Shown: positions 40,759 to 52,100 of the stretch, piece by piece
How positions within the stretch are numbered: position 1 is the first letter of the stretch
How the letters are laid out: each line of letters begins with the position of its first letter
IMG/VR virus record: IMGVR_UViG_3300032323_000661
Span: 1 to 56,368 of that record
Length of the DNA: 56,368 bases
Origin: a virus
Taxonomy: Duplodnaviria > Caudoviricetes
Direction: 5' to 3' (one strand)
Notes under the pieces: generated by a model
What the model was told of the DNA's origin: nothing
What the model saw: the letters and a program-made list of their open reading frames with translations, nothing else
The model's database searches: none
Translations under genes and position numbers: made by a program

Positions 40759-42492
40759 CTACACGAGTGTTCCGAGTAACTTACCGGTAGAACGATCGTT
40801 TATGCTCGTGCGAATGAACTCCGATACGTCCTTCTTGCTCTTGAGCGCTTCAATCACGGTCTCGTCCACAGTGCCCTCGGCCACCAAATCGATGTAGGTT
40901 ACACTCCGCGTCTGCCCGATCCGGTGCGCCCGGTCCTCGGACTGCTCGCGGTCGGTGAACGAGAACGAGTTGGAGTAATACACGACGAGCTCGGCGGCGG
41001 TCATGTTGAGACCCACGCCACCGGTGGCCGCGTTGCCCACGATGAACCTCGCCTTCTTGGTCTGGAACTTGTCCGACACGTTCGCCCAGCGTGTGTCCTC
41101 GTCGATCGCTCCGTACACCTGCACGACAGAACTCGGCCCGTACTTCTCGACAAGCGCCTCGGTCACCATCTGGATCTCTTCGATGAACCGGCACCAAATG
41201 ATCGTGCTGCACTCGGTCTCTTCCACGATCGACATTAGCTCCTCGATCTTTGCGTTCTTGCCGGGAATCCGTACATGATCGAATTTCGAGGGGTTGTGGA
41301 CGTCCGGGTTGCGTTCCCACGTTGCCACTCCTCCTGCGATTTCTTGGAGTCGGAGCATTTTTTCGAGCATTGTGGTGACGGTGATTCCTCGATCTCCCAT
41401 GACCGCTTTGTCACGCTTAGCAATTTCGCGATATATTCTTTTCTGTTCATCATTGAGTTGCACTGTTCTGGTTTCGAACACTTTCGGCGGCAATTCGGTC
41501 AGCACCTCCGACTTGCGCACTTGGAACGTGAAGGGCGCGAGCAATTCGGTCAGCTCCGCCATGTTCTGGTAGCCCACGACCTGCCGTTGCTCGTACCCGC
41601 CCATGATCGCGTAGCGGTTACGGAACGAGTAGAAATCGCCGATCCCGATGATATTCGGGTCGATGAACTCGAACTGCATGAACACGTCCATAGGTCCGTT
41701 GGCCACAGGGGTGCCGGTCATAATCACCCGGTAGTTCGCCGACAGCCCGAGCTTGACGCAATTCTTGGACCGTACCGCCGAATGGGTCTTGATCATGTGC
41801 GCTTCGTCCACGATCATTCCCACCCGAGTGCTGCAGCCGACGAACTTTTGCGCCAGCAGCGTCGCACCACCAGCGGCGAGCGATTCGGTGCCCACGATCA
41901 GGAATTTAAGGCCTCGGCTCGTGTCGGTGTTCCACGCCTCGAACACCTTGGGTTTGCTGGTGTCGAGCACAAGCACGTCGGTCTCGACCGGGCAGTGAAT
42001 CCCGATCTCGGCCTCCCAGTTGCGGCGCGTCGAGAACTTGGTCACCACGAGCACCCGGTCCACCTTGCCGTCGACGAAATACGCCGAGAACAGGTCGAGC
42101 GACGTCTTGGTCTTGCCGGTGCCCATGTCCATGTAGAACGCGAACCCTGGCTTGCCCCATGCACAATCGAGCGCTCGGCGCTGGTATCCCCTCGGCTCCG
42201 TCTTGAACGGGTACAGGGGTGGGAACGGATTTAGACGGGCGGCAGCCTTTTCGATAGTGCGAGTTGCAGCCTCGCGAGCTGGGCCTGTGAAAACGTCAGC
42301 ACCAAAATTGCTGAGCAGAAACTCGCTATTAGCGCGTAATGCAGGAGCTGTCCACACGCGGCGACGAGCATCCCAACGCCGATTAGGCACCGCACGCACC
42401 TTGTCCACCATCCAAGGAGGAGTCTCGATAATGAAGCGCGAGGTCTTGGCATCGTAGTCAATCTTAATATTCGGAGCGGAAGACGGGTTCAT
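40759..42492 (-). CDS. SF2 (SNF2-like) helicase
   Basis: DMGTGKT, VDEAH, MTGTP, GGVGLN, QSEDRAHRIGQ. Confidence 0.92.
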   Translation of the reverse strand: MNPSSAPNIKIDYDAKTSRFIIETPPWMVDKVRAVPNRRWDARRRVWTAPALRANSEFLLSNFGADVFTGPAREAATRTIEKAAARLNPFPPLYPFKTEPRGYQRRALDCAWGKPGFAFYMDMGTGKTKTSLDLFSAYFVDGKVDRVLVVTKFSTRRNWEAEIGIHCPVETDVLVLDTSKPKVFEAWNTDTSRGLKFLIVGTESLAAGGATLLAQKFVGCSTRVGMIVDEAHMIKTHSAVRSKNCVKLGLSANYRVIMTGTPVANGPMDVFMQFEFIDPNIIGIGDFYSFRNRYAIMGGYEQRQVVGYQNMAELTELLAPFTFQVRKSEVLTELPPKVFETRTVQLNDEQKRIYREIAKRDKAVMGDRGITVTTMLEKMLRLQEIAGGVATWERNPDVHNPSKFDHVRIPGKNAKIEELMSIVEETECSTIIWCRFIEEIQMVTEALVEKYGPSSVVQVYGAIDEDTRWANVSDKFQTKKARFIVGNAATGGVGLNMTAAELVVYYSNSFSFTDREQSEDRAHRIGQTRSVTYIDLVAEGTVDETVIEALKSKKDVSEFIRTSINDRSTGKLLGTLV

Positions 42493-44026
42493 CGATTTTT
42501 ACCTCATGCTCTTCAGTAATAGGGGCGTACCAGACGTTAATAACCTTGCCGCCCGGAATTCGCATCTTGTCGTGGTCCGCCCCACAGTCGCGGCGCAACG
42601 CGATCCACAAATCCATGCCGTGCAGCACCTCGGCCTTGTTGCGCTTGAGGAACTCCGAGAATGCGGTGCCTTTGAACACCACACACCGGACGCCGTTGAC
42701 CACCTGCACTATCGGAATGTTCCGGGTCAGCGCCTTGCGGTCTTCGGTATTGGTGCCCTCGGACGCGAGGTCGGCCTTCTGCACGAACTCGGTGAACTTG
42801 GCGGCGATCACACCCGAAGCGGACGCCTCCTTAGGCACTTCGACGACACGGAGATTGGGAACCAGCGGGTCGAGTACGCGCCGACGCCACGACTCCTGCG
42901 AGATCTTGGGGATATTGATCTTAATGCGCTCGAAGATCAGGTTACCCATAGCGGCGGGGTCGCGCAGCACGATGGTAGGAATGTTCGAGATCAGGTGCCC
43001 GTTGACGTGCAAGCCCCAGCGCGGCGGGTCCGATTGATACTCGATCAGGTCCGTGAACTGCGGCAGCGAGTCCTGCGCGTCCAGGTCTTTAGCCTCGTCC
43101 ATCGAGATACCGAACTCGCGGGTAACGCACACCTTGCGATCGCACAGGCTCTTGCAGGGGTCCTCGGAGCACTTGTACAGGTAATCGCGGCGCGATGCCG
43201 AGCGGATCACCTTCTTAGCCTCAGCCGGTCCCAGCGGCTTGTCGAACATTGTCTTGTTCAGCGCCATCGCGTCGCCAAAGAACGTGTCGGGACGGGCACG
43301 CTTGAGGTACACCACCACGTTGTACATGGAGTCGTTCCGAGAGCCGGACTCGACCCCGGTGTGGATCATCTTCTGGATACACGGTGGCGCTTCGAGGTGC
43401 TCGCGTGTCGCCATCGCTTGCAGCTGTTCGACCGTCACCCGCTTGGACTGCGCCATTTGCACGAACAGCTCGAACGAGATCCGCTCGCCCTTCTCGTTCA
43501 CCGCGTACCGCACCGTATCCTCGACGTTGAAGTAGCACAGATTAATCCAGTTACCCAGCGATTTCTCGCCACTGGAAGTCACCAGCGAATCCTGCTTGGG
43601 GAATATGTCCACGTGCGTTTTAATCTGGAGCATGTCGCGCCAGCTGTTCAGGAGCCGGATCACGAGCTTGGCCGGGAGGTAGTCCTGCCCGAACAGGTAC
43701 AGATGGCACCCGCCCGATTTGGAACGCGTCGGCACAAGCGGGAGCCGGTACTGCTCGATCTTGGTGGCAAGGTCCACGATGTCGATATCGGACCCGTCCG
43801 ACCCTTTACCGTGGTTGTCCACGTCGATACACCCGAACTTGCAGGTGCCGCCGTCGGTCACGGGGACTACCCCTAGACCCATGCGCCCGGACAGGTGCGC
43901 GGCGTAATGCTCTTCCGTGACTTCTGCCTTCTCCGTTACCATATTACCGGTACTGGGGTCCCACTGGCCGTAAGACCGCAGGTTCCCGGAGAACAGATCG
44001 GCGAAGTCTTTAACTAGACTCGTCAT
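42464..44026 (-). CDS. AEP-family primase with PriCT-like domain
   Basis: GCIDVD, RSKSGGCHLY, FPKQ, GNWINL, PPC...GSRND; start MTSLVK at 44026 behind GAGGA. Confidence 0.85.
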   Translation of the reverse strand: MTSLVKDFADLFSGNLRSYGQWDPSTGNMVTEKAEVTEEHYAAHLSGRMGLGVVPVTDGGTCKFGCIDVDNHGKGSDGSDIDIVDLATKIEQYRLPLVPTRSKSGGCHLYLFGQDYLPAKLVIRLLNSWRDMLQIKTHVDIFPKQDSLVTSSGEKSLGNWINLCYFNVEDTVRYAVNEKGERISFELFVQMAQSKRVTVEQLQAMATREHLEAPPCIQKMIHTGVESGSRNDSMYNVVVYLKRARPDTFFGDAMALNKTMFDKPLGPAEAKKVIRSASRRDYLYKCSEDPCKSLCDRKVCVTREFGISMDEAKDLDAQDSLPQFTDLIEYQSDPPRWGLHVNGHLISNIPTIVLRDPAAMGNLIFERIKINIPKISQESWRRRVLDPLVPNLRVVEVPKEASASGVIAAKFTEFVQKADLASEGTNTEDRKALTRNIPIVQVVNGVRCVVFKGTAFSEFLKRNKAEVLHGMDLWIALRRDCGADHDKMRIPGGKVINVWYAPITEEHEVKIDEPVFRSEY

Positions 44027-44080
44027 GATTTCCTCGCTATAAGCTATTGGGGATTGACACCACCTCGGTGGGCTGGTAGA

Positions 44081-44110
44081 ATTATAACACTCCCCATCTC
44101 GGAACAGCAA
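44081..44110 (-). promoter_or_regulatory. sigma70-like promoter for the primase operon
   Basis: TTGCTG-18-TATAAT with extended TG. Confidence 0.65.
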
Positions 44111-44121
44111 TCCCCACAGTT

Positions 44122-44363
44122 TGTTCCACTGTTACATCACGATGGAACGGCTGATGTAACACCCCCTCCCATTCGAAGACAAGGCCCGCTGTTACACCGT
44201 TACACATGCACGCGGGGGTGCGATCCTGTCGCAAGCTTGCGACAGATCCCCCCTATATGTGGTGGAACGGTATCTACGGTGGAACAAACACGCCGAATGT
44301 GAAGCGGGACGGGGCTTCGGAGCCAGTCAGGGTGTTCCAGACGCCGTTCCACCTTATGTAACA
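44122..44363. repeat. Iteron-rich non-coding element B; candidate replication origin
   Basis: Inverted homolog of 24304-24553, immediately upstream of the primase promoter. Confidence 0.85.
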
Positions 44364-44430
44364 CATTAGGGCGAACCCGAATATCGTACGTGTATGCGCG
44401 TAAGCTGAGCGCAAGCTAGAATGAAAGAGA

Positions 44431-44454
44431 GCCCTCCGGAGGCCCTCGGAGGGT
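44431..44454 (-). terminator. Hairpin ending the late operon
   Basis: CCCTCCG/CGGAGGG stem followed by CTCTCTTTCATT, about 20 nt after the 44475 stop. Confidence 0.55.
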
Positions 44455-44474
44455 GGGGCAGCTATATTAATAGC

Positions 44475-46514
44475 TTACCGTGCGAACTGCTGCAACGGAG
44501 AGGGCGAGGGTGGGCCAGACGGTGTACCCGGAGTGGCCACCGATTCCTCGGGGTACTGCTGGGGGATTCCACGGGAGGCTCCGAGTGCTCCGGCCATACC
44601 AGCGGCGGTACCTGCAGCACCGGTGGCGGTAAGCAGTTCCTGCTCCTGCGTCTTGAGCGACTGCATGATACTGTCGATCACCGCGTCGGTCTTGGCGGCG
44701 GGGGTCAGCAGCTTTTGCACGGTTGGCGCTGCCACGGAGGGAGGTACGCCCGTCAGCGCAGGGAACCGGTTGCGCACGGTCTCCAGCATAGCGCCGAATG
44801 GGCGACCTTGCACGAGTGCAGTGGCGGCACCTACACCACCAGCGTCGTCGGCCAGATCCGTGTCCAGGGGCGACCTGCGGAATCCGGTCTTCTCGGTCTG
44901 GAGCATGTTGCGCTCTTCAACGAGTCGATTCTTGAATGTGTCGAATGCCTCGTCGTCGCGGAATGCGCGACGCAGCTTGTCCTCGACGCCCCGGGGAAAG
45001 ATGGTGGCCAGAGGGTCAGCGGTGGGACCTCCGGCACGCATGCGCTCCAGCATAGCCTGCGACACCCCGGCACGGAACGCGTCGTATTCGGACGGAGAAT
45101 CGCGGAAGCGCTCGATCAGCTTGCGCATATCCATCTCGGGTAGTTGGTAGATCCGTTGGCCTTCCTTCATCGCGGTGAGCATCTCCGAATCCCCGGCGAA
45201 CGCCTCTCGGGCCGTGCGGTACTCGGGCGACCGGCGTTCCATGGCCTTGAGGAGCTTCTCCTTCATGTCCATTAGAATTCGAGCCTGATTCGCGCCACGG
45301 TCCGAGGACATCGCCCGCTCGATCATGTCGTCGAGTTCGAGCTTGGTCTCGTGCAAGCCGCGCAGCACGTTGGCGGGGTCGTTAATATCCAGGCCTTGGT
45401 CGGCCATCCGGCGCGAGCCGCCTTCCATCGCGGTGCGGAAGGTAGGAAGGTTGCGCAGTGCCTCCAATTCGCGGGAGTTGCGGGGCGTGAACGTCGGGGC
45501 CGAGTTCCACGCCGCCTTGTACAGTGCGTCGGCTTCCTCGGAACGCTTGCGGATCAGGTCGGTGACGTCCGTGTAGAAATCCTTCGATCCCGACATCAGT
45601 GTGCGCAGGTCCTCGGACACCCGGGGCACCCGCTCGATCTCGCGTGCGGCCAGTGCCGCTTTTGTGTCTCTACGTGCAGCACCCGGTGCAGCGCTGGAGC
45701 GGCGCAGCAGTGCGGCGGTGTTCTCGCCGAGGTCCGCCAGTGTGGCTTCCCCGCGCTGCATCGCGGCCAAGCGTGCAGCGGCCTGATCCGGGGTCATCCC
45801 GTCCTTTTCGAGTGCACGTGCGATTGCGAGGTCTGCGGCCTTGTTGCTGTCGCCGTAGCCCATAGCCGTTTTCACGCGTCGGAATGCGGGCATCAGCACA
45901 TACTGCCCCGCCAGTCCTGCGCCACCGGCGATCGTACCACCGGCGATACCACCCTTCAGGGCCTCACCGGGCAATTCGCCCATCGGCTTTTCGGAAGTGC
46001 CTACAGCCGATACCGCACCAGTGCCCGCACCGACTCCTACAGCGCGGCCAATCGTGGGCTTGGTGCCGAACAGCAACTCGGCGGCGCGTGGTCCGAGCCG
46101 GGAGGCGACAGCACGGGAAGCGCCGGGAATCAGTGCACCACCGCCTGTTACCAGCGCGGGAGCAAGACTGCCGCCCATTTCGGCCACGGTGGACGAGACA
46201 GGGTTGGCCTCGCGGTATTTACGCAGTCCTTCGCGCTCGGCCTTCACGAGGTCCTCGTAGGAGCCTTGCCCCATAGCGGAGCGCAGCTTGGCGATCGCCT
46301 CGTCCGAAAAGCCCATTGTCAGCCCTTGCAGGGCTTGTGATCCGAGTCCAGTCGAGAATGGTCGGGGTCGGGCTGCGGGGGGCTGTGTGGGTGCGCTCGG
46401 GGTGGGAGCAGCAGCGCCGCCAGTCTTGGACGCCTCGAATTTACGGATCGTGGCCTCGGAGGTGCCATTGGGGAACTCATAAATCACTCCACCAATCACG
46501 CGTTCAATGGACAT
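44475..46514 (-). CDS. Internal virion / DNA ejection protein
   Basis: 679 aa, Ala/Gly-rich and helical, QGLTMGFSDE motif, Gly-zipper segments. Confidence 0.65.
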   Translation of the reverse strand: MSIERVIGGVIYEFPNGTSEATIRKFEASKTGGAAAPTPSAPTQPPAARPRPFSTGLGSQALQGLTMGFSDEAIAKLRSAMGQGSYEDLVKAEREGLRKYREANPVSSTVAEMGGSLAPALVTGGGALIPGASRAVASRLGPRAAELLFGTKPTIGRAVGVGAGTGAVSAVGTSEKPMGELPGEALKGGIAGGTIAGGAGLAGQYVLMPAFRRVKTAMGYGDSNKAADLAIARALEKDGMTPDQAAARLAAMQRGEATLADLGENTAALLRRSSAAPGAARRDTKAALAAREIERVPRVSEDLRTLMSGSKDFYTDVTDLIRKRSEEADALYKAAWNSAPTFTPRNSRELEALRNLPTFRTAMEGGSRRMADQGLDINDPANVLRGLHETKLELDDMIERAMSSDRGANQARILMDMKEKLLKAMERRSPEYRTAREAFAGDSEMLTAMKEGQRIYQLPEMDMRKLIERFRDSPSEYDAFRAGVSQAMLERMRAGGPTADPLATIFPRGVEDKLRRAFRDDEAFDTFKNRLVEERNMLQTEKTGFRRSPLDTDLADDAGGVGAATALVQGRPFGAMLETVRNRFPALTGVPPSVAAPTVQKLLTPAAKTDAVIDSIMQSLKTQEQELLTATGAAGTAAGMAGALGASRGIPQQYPEESVATPGTPSGPPSPSPLQQFAR

Positions 46515-48127
46515 TACTTAACCTCCCGCCCTTGTGCATCCACTTGGACGCGAGGCATGCTGAAATACTGCTGGAATGACAGACGGTCCGGATTGAGCGA
46601 AATCGCACCGGTGGTCGGGTCACGTCGAGTGATAGGGTTCGCTTCGAGATACCTGCGCCACTGCGACTGCGCGAATGGGGTGATCCCGCCGTTAACCGCC
46701 GCGTAGCGCTGCAGGTAATCGTTGAAATCCCGGTCGCGCTGGCGCTGGGCGATCTGGAACTTGATGATGTTCTCGTTCGTCTTCGGCTCTTTGTCCGTGG
46801 AGAATGTGCCGAGGCGCATCCACGCCATATCGGCGTTCGATACGTTGGAATCGCCCGGAATGCGGTTTTGCTTGGCGGCACGGGCGGCAATGGAGTCGAA
46901 TTCGGAGATCTTGGCGCGGTCGCCCGACAGGAGCTTCGCGGCCTCACCCACCCCCATACCGACGCCGAAGGTGTAGCCCGTTTTGATCTCGGAGTTGAGC
47001 TTCAGTGCGCGGCGCAGGTCGTTCAGGTCGTCATCAATCGCCGCCGTGAACGGTGCGATCTTCTCGTTAATGTACTTGGTCGCCTCGGCCTGATCCTTTT
47101 GGCGCTTCTCGGCGATCTCTTTTTTGTTCAGCCCCGTGTACTGCACCTTCGGATCGACCGGCACCCCCGCCTCTTGCGCGGTCTGGTTGATACCTAGAAC
47201 GTTGCCTTGCCGGATGTGCTCCTCGATCTCCTGTCGAGTACGGGTGATCTGCGCCTGCTGCGCTTGGATCGCGGACTGTTTGCTTGTCCGTTCGAGCGCG
47301 ACATCAGATTGCAGTTCACGCTGGGCACGGGCCACATCTTCGGGCTTGAGCGGATCGCCACCGAAGCGTTGCAAGGCCTTTGCCACATCCGGGTTCTGTG
47401 TGCGGAAGGCGTCCCGCTGCGCTTCCTGTTGTGCCCGAGTGCGCTGCACGGGGTCGTTCAGGTCGAGATTGAAGCGGGTGGCGATGTCCTGCAGACTACG
47501 GGTCTCGGAGAACAGCTTAAACTTAGCGGCGAATGCGGGGTCGGTGAGAGAGACTCCGGATTGTGCCGCGAAGGCCTTCATCTCGGGCGTGGCCTTGTCC
47601 ATCGCCAGCAACTCCCGCACCCGAGCGATACCCTCGGGCGAATTCGGGTCGATGCCCTCCGAGCGCACCTGCTGCTGGTACGGGGTGGCCTTGGGTGTGA
47701 TACGCTGCGCGACCGAGAGGCCGAGCTTGGCCGCTTCCTTCTCCTCCCCGAGTGCGGCGTTGGCCAACTCGTAACGCATTCTCGCCAGCTGTGCGGCACG
47801 ATCCGCTTCGGCGTCTTGCACTTTGCTGAACGCGCCCACCGCCGTACCGAGCGACTCGCCGAACGAACCGGTCTTGGTTGGTGCTAGAAAGCCCTGGGCC
47901 AGCGCCAGCATGGAGGGGTCAATTCGGCCCTTGCGTTGCTGCAATGCGCCTTTCATGGCCTCGCGAGCCGCGTCCACCTCCGCTTTCGCGGTGCGGTAGG
48001 CCTCAGTGTCGGCCCCCATTGCTTGCCGACCGAGTGCGGACAAAGAAAGGGAATCGACCTTGGTGGGGTCCACCCCCAAGATCTTCGCGAGTGCTGGGCT
48101 GTACGGATCGGCGGTCTGTTCGGACAT
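46514..48127 (-). CDS. Internal virion / DNA ejection protein
   Basis: 537 aa helical, LAQGFLAPTKTGSFGESLG motif; AGGAG RBS. Confidence 0.65.
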   Translation of the reverse strand: MSEQTADPYSPALAKILGVDPTKVDSLSLSALGRQAMGADTEAYRTAKAEVDAAREAMKGALQQRKGRIDPSMLALAQGFLAPTKTGSFGESLGTAVGAFSKVQDAEADRAAQLARMRYELANAALGEEKEAAKLGLSVAQRITPKATPYQQQVRSEGIDPNSPEGIARVRELLAMDKATPEMKAFAAQSGVSLTDPAFAAKFKLFSETRSLQDIATRFNLDLNDPVQRTRAQQEAQRDAFRTQNPDVAKALQRFGGDPLKPEDVARAQRELQSDVALERTSKQSAIQAQQAQITRTRQEIEEHIRQGNVLGINQTAQEAGVPVDPKVQYTGLNKKEIAEKRQKDQAEATKYINEKIAPFTAAIDDDLNDLRRALKLNSEIKTGYTFGVGMGVGEAAKLLSGDRAKISEFDSIAARAAKQNRIPGDSNVSNADMAWMRLGTFSTDKEPKTNENIIKFQIAQRQRDRDFNDYLQRYAAVNGGITPFAQSQWRRYLEANPITRRDPTTGAISLNPDRLSFQQYFSMPRVQVDAQGREVK

Positions 48128-48136
48128 ATTTACTCC

Positions 48137-49141
48137 TTAACCGGGGAAGTCGCCGAGGGAGTTCGAGTAATCGATCTCGTCTTGCGACCGTGATTGCCCG
48201 AAAGACCCGCTGTTGGTGCGTGCCCAGTCCTGCAAGCTCGACAGGAAGCCACCGTCGGCACTACCGGCACCGGAGCCGAAGACGGTGCGCAGGAAGCCCT
48301 CGGCAGCGCTTGTGCCGCCCGAGCCCGAGGCGAACAGTGAGCCCAATCCGGCGACTTGCGCCAGCGGGGAAGTGGAATAGGCACCGGGAATGGGCGCGTT
48401 GGCAGTCTCCGACACGGTGGTCGGCACCTTGAGGTTCGAGTACACATCGGCTGCGCTCTTGGCAGCGGACACGGGGGCCAAGATCTTGGACTGCTCGAAT
48501 TGTTGCTCTTTGGAGCCGAATCCGTACTGCGATTCCAGCGCCTTGATCGCGGCGTCGAGGTCGGCTGTGGCCACGCCCCGCTGAGTCTCTGCGGCTTGGC
48601 GGGTGAGACCAGCCTGTGCCAACGCGGTGTCGAGCGCCTTGTTGTAACCGGTCTCCAGTGCTTTGCCCTGTTGGCCAGTGAGGTTCGCCTGCATATCGGC
48701 GAGCACCTGCCCGAGGGCACCAGTCATGCGCGAGGAGCCAAATGCACCGGAACCCGCGAAAGCGCCACGCAGGGAGGGCAGCACATTGCGCTGGAGATTC
48801 TGCTGCTGCAGTCGCCCCATCTCGTCCACCACACCAGCGGTGTACGGGTTCATGTACGCTTGAATGCTGTCGGGCGTAATGCCTTTCGCGGCCAGATCTG
48901 CGGACTTGCCAGCCTCGGACATGAGTTGTTCGTACCGCGACAGGTCGGTGGGAACCGAAGAGATCGCGCCGGTCTGCAGGGTGGACATCGGGGCGACCAG
49001 CTGCTCGCCGGTCTGGCCCAAGAGTGCCGTACCGGGTTTGGCGAGGTCTTGCAGGTATGCGTTGTACCAGTCGGGGCCAAGGGTCTTGACCTCCTTGGTC
49101 GTCGTGATATTCGGTAGTGGATCGCCTTGGAGCAGACTCAT
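48137..49141 (-). CDS. Internal virion / pilot-type ejection protein
   Basis: YMNPY...V, GAFGSSR motifs, Q/A-rich. Confidence 0.7.
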   Translation of the reverse strand: MSLLQGDPLPNITTTKEVKTLGPDWYNAYLQDLAKPGTALLGQTGEQLVAPMSTLQTGAISSVPTDLSRYEQLMSEAGKSADLAAKGITPDSIQAYMNPYTAGVVDEMGRLQQQNLQRNVLPSLRGAFAGSGAFGSSRMTGALGQVLADMQANLTGQQGKALETGYNKALDTALAQAGLTRQAAETQRGVATADLDAAIKALESQYGFGSKEQQFEQSKILAPVSAAKSAADVYSNLKVPTTVSETANAPIPGAYSTSPLAQVAGLGSLFASGSGGTSAAEGFLRTVFGSGAGSADGGFLSSLQDWARTNSGSFGQSRSQDEIDYSNSLGDFPG

Positions 49142-52100
49142 CGGGTGGCCTCTTTAAGATATTGCAGGGGTGACTTGGCTTTTGGCGGTATAGTCTTCAC
49201 AGAGCCTCCGCGTTTGTGCCTGCGGATCGCTTCGCGCATCGCATCGAGCTTTTTCGCACCTTCTTTGTTCGATCCGTCACCGAGCGCTGCGACGATTTCG
49301 GCATCGAACACGTATTCACCATCCGCGAGTTTCGCCGGAATAAGGTCGTCTTGACCGCCTCCGGCACCTTCAACGTAATGGGAACCTTTGTGGGATACAT
49401 CACCGCCTGCCGCCGCCATAAGTGGGGATGCCATAATTTTACCGCCGGAGGCATAGTTTTGTACAGTCCCACCCGCCCGGTACTGGCCCATCACCTCGCT
49501 CGGGGACGACTCACGCCCGTAGGAGAAGTAGTCCGGCCCCGGCGCTCTTTGCGTCGGGGTGATGCCCGAGGCGCGTTGCAAAGCCGAAATGGCACTGGAT
49601 TCCTGCGCGGCAGGGGTGAAGCCGAATAGAGCGGCAAGAGCCGCCAGATCGGGAGCTGTGGGAACGTTGTCTCTAAACATACCGCCTGTCCATGTTTCTT
49701 CTGGTGATGTGGGAGTGTAGCGCCCGGTCGGAGCTGCAGCTGCCCCGGCAAGCACTGATTGGGCACGCCGACCACCCGTGGGTTGACGCCGTGGGCTTCT
49801 TGTAGTCGATCCAGGCCCAGCAGTGCTGGACGTCGAGGTGCCGTCGCCACCGGTCACGACATCACCACCACTAGTTACGACGTCGGGTGTCACCACTCGC
49901 GTGGTCCCAGTGCCGTCGGTTACAGTCACCCGCTCCTCGCCCGTGTCGATGTTGACCACGGTTGTGGTGGTCGTGTCGGTGTTGACGTTGGTGCTAACTG
50001 TGGTCTGCGTGTTGGTGTTCGTGTCGGTAGCCACCGTGGTATTCACCCCGGTGTTGTTGTTCACGTTGGTGCTCACGGTAACGTTCGAGCCTGTGTCCGT
50101 GGTCGTCGCGGCATTCGTCGCTGCGTTGCTATTCGCACCAGTGGTGGTCGCGCTGTTGACGGCAGCGGCTACAGCAGTGGAAGCGTTCACACCATTGTTC
50201 GTGGCTGTGTTCACTGCGTTGCTGACCGTAATGTTCAAGTCAGCGCCCGCATCAATAGCTGCGGACACAGTGTTGCCCACCGCGACCGTGGAATCCACAC
50301 CGTTGTTCAACGCCGAGCCGATGGAGGCATCTACCACACTCTTGGTGTCGGCCCCCGAGGAAACGCCATCGGTGACCGCGACATTCACCGCCTGTGCGGT
50401 GTCGCCGTTCAGAGTCGCGGAATCCGTGATCACGTTGTTCACGTTCTGCACGGTCGCCGTTGTGTTCGAGTCGGCAATCACATTGCCCGCACCAGTGTCG
50501 CTCGATGCCACAATAGTGCCGGGACGGAATGTACCGTCGGTGGAGGTGAGACCCTCGGCAGCGAACGCCTGCTCGATGTCGCTCTGGATGCTCGTCGCAG
50601 CAGTCATGGAGCCCGAGGTCTTCGCACCGAAGAGGCTACCCGCCACGGACTTGGACAGCGCGGTCGGGAGGTCGTCCCCTGTGGCCAGTGCGATCGCCAG
50701 TTCCTCGGCACCTTCCTGCACGAACTCGCGGCTAGTGGAGGAGGTCACACGACCGACGATCTTCTCCATCGCCTTTTCGTAGCCCTTGATGAGCGACGCG
50801 TCGGCAAGGCCCGCTGTACCGGTAGTGATCGCGAATGCCTTCCACCCGTCGGCGTTGGCCAGCCGCTCCGCTTGGTCCACCGGTGTGCCCTTGGCGATCT
50901 CCTCGTTGAACTTCTGGCGGGAGCTGGAGCCCATGGACTCGGCGGCGTTCAAGAGAACGTCGGTCGCGATACCCGCCCCTTTGCCGATCAGTTTGAACAC
51001 AGCGCCACCAGTCACGAGGGGTGCGACTTCTTGGAGGCCTTCTTTCGCTACCTGAGTGAGTACCAGCGGGTTGTCCACCACCGACTTGAGTGCTGCGGCC
51101 ACCTTGCCCGAGTAGGTCTCGGCACCTTGGACATTATTCCAGAAATTGCGCGTGGCCTCGGTGACGCCCGGGATTTCGAGATTTTGCCCCGTGCGCTCCA
51201 GCGATTGGCCCAACTGCACGAGCACGTTATAGCGATCGGCGAATCCCATATTGGAAAAAGCCGTACCGATGTCCGCAATCTGCTCGCCCCCCGCACCAAG
51301 GATCGTCGAGAGCGTCTGGCGAACCACATCGCCCGAAGTACCTTCCAGGCTGTTGGCCCAATTCGCGAGATCGTTGCCCGCCGTATCCATTCTGGTGGTG
51401 AAATTAATGGCGTTGCCACTCGCATCAACTGGTGTTCCACCGACGATCTCGACACCGGGTACATTACTGCCGGGCGCGTATCTTAATCCTTTGTCGTCGT
51501 AACTGTACCCCTCGGAGTCCAGCCAGCGACCTTGATCGTCTTTACCCACGATTGTAGGGGTGCGGTTGATAAGGTCTTGTACCGACAGCTTTTGCAGCTG
51601 ATCTAGTGGCATACCACGCATTGTGATACCCATCGCCGCAATCTCGTTCTCGGATACTTTGTCCAGCGTCCTTCCGGTCGTGCGTTCGAATTCTGTGGCC
51701 AGCCGCTCGATTTGCGTGTTGCGCGCCTGTGTATCGACTGCCGTGTCCAGATCGCCCCAGTTCGTATCGACCGTGTTCGCGGCTCCGGTGTACGTTGTGG
51801 AGCTGGAGAGATTCGGCCCACCGGCGTCGATCGGGTTGACTTGCACACCGGTGACGACGTTTGCAGCAGCGTATGCCTCCTCGTCTGTCATCCCCGCTTC
51901 TTTCGCACGTATGAACGCGTCAGCACCGGCCTGCACGATTGTGTCGTCATAAACGCGGTTCGTGATGCCGCCCTCACCAGTGGTGGGTCGGTTGGCACTG
52001 ATCACCGAGGACACGGCACGAGTGATCGCGTTGACGTCACCGGATCGCACAGCGTTGGCAAAATCCACAGCGTTCAGCGCTTGGCCAACTGTGTACCCAG

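Noticed and set aside
8925-51486. Long + strand ORFs (e.g. 8925..10406, 16271..17557, 20289..22136, 42506..43876, 49759..51486)
   Set aside because: They are antisense shadows of high-GC minus-strand genes, with no recognisable motifs.
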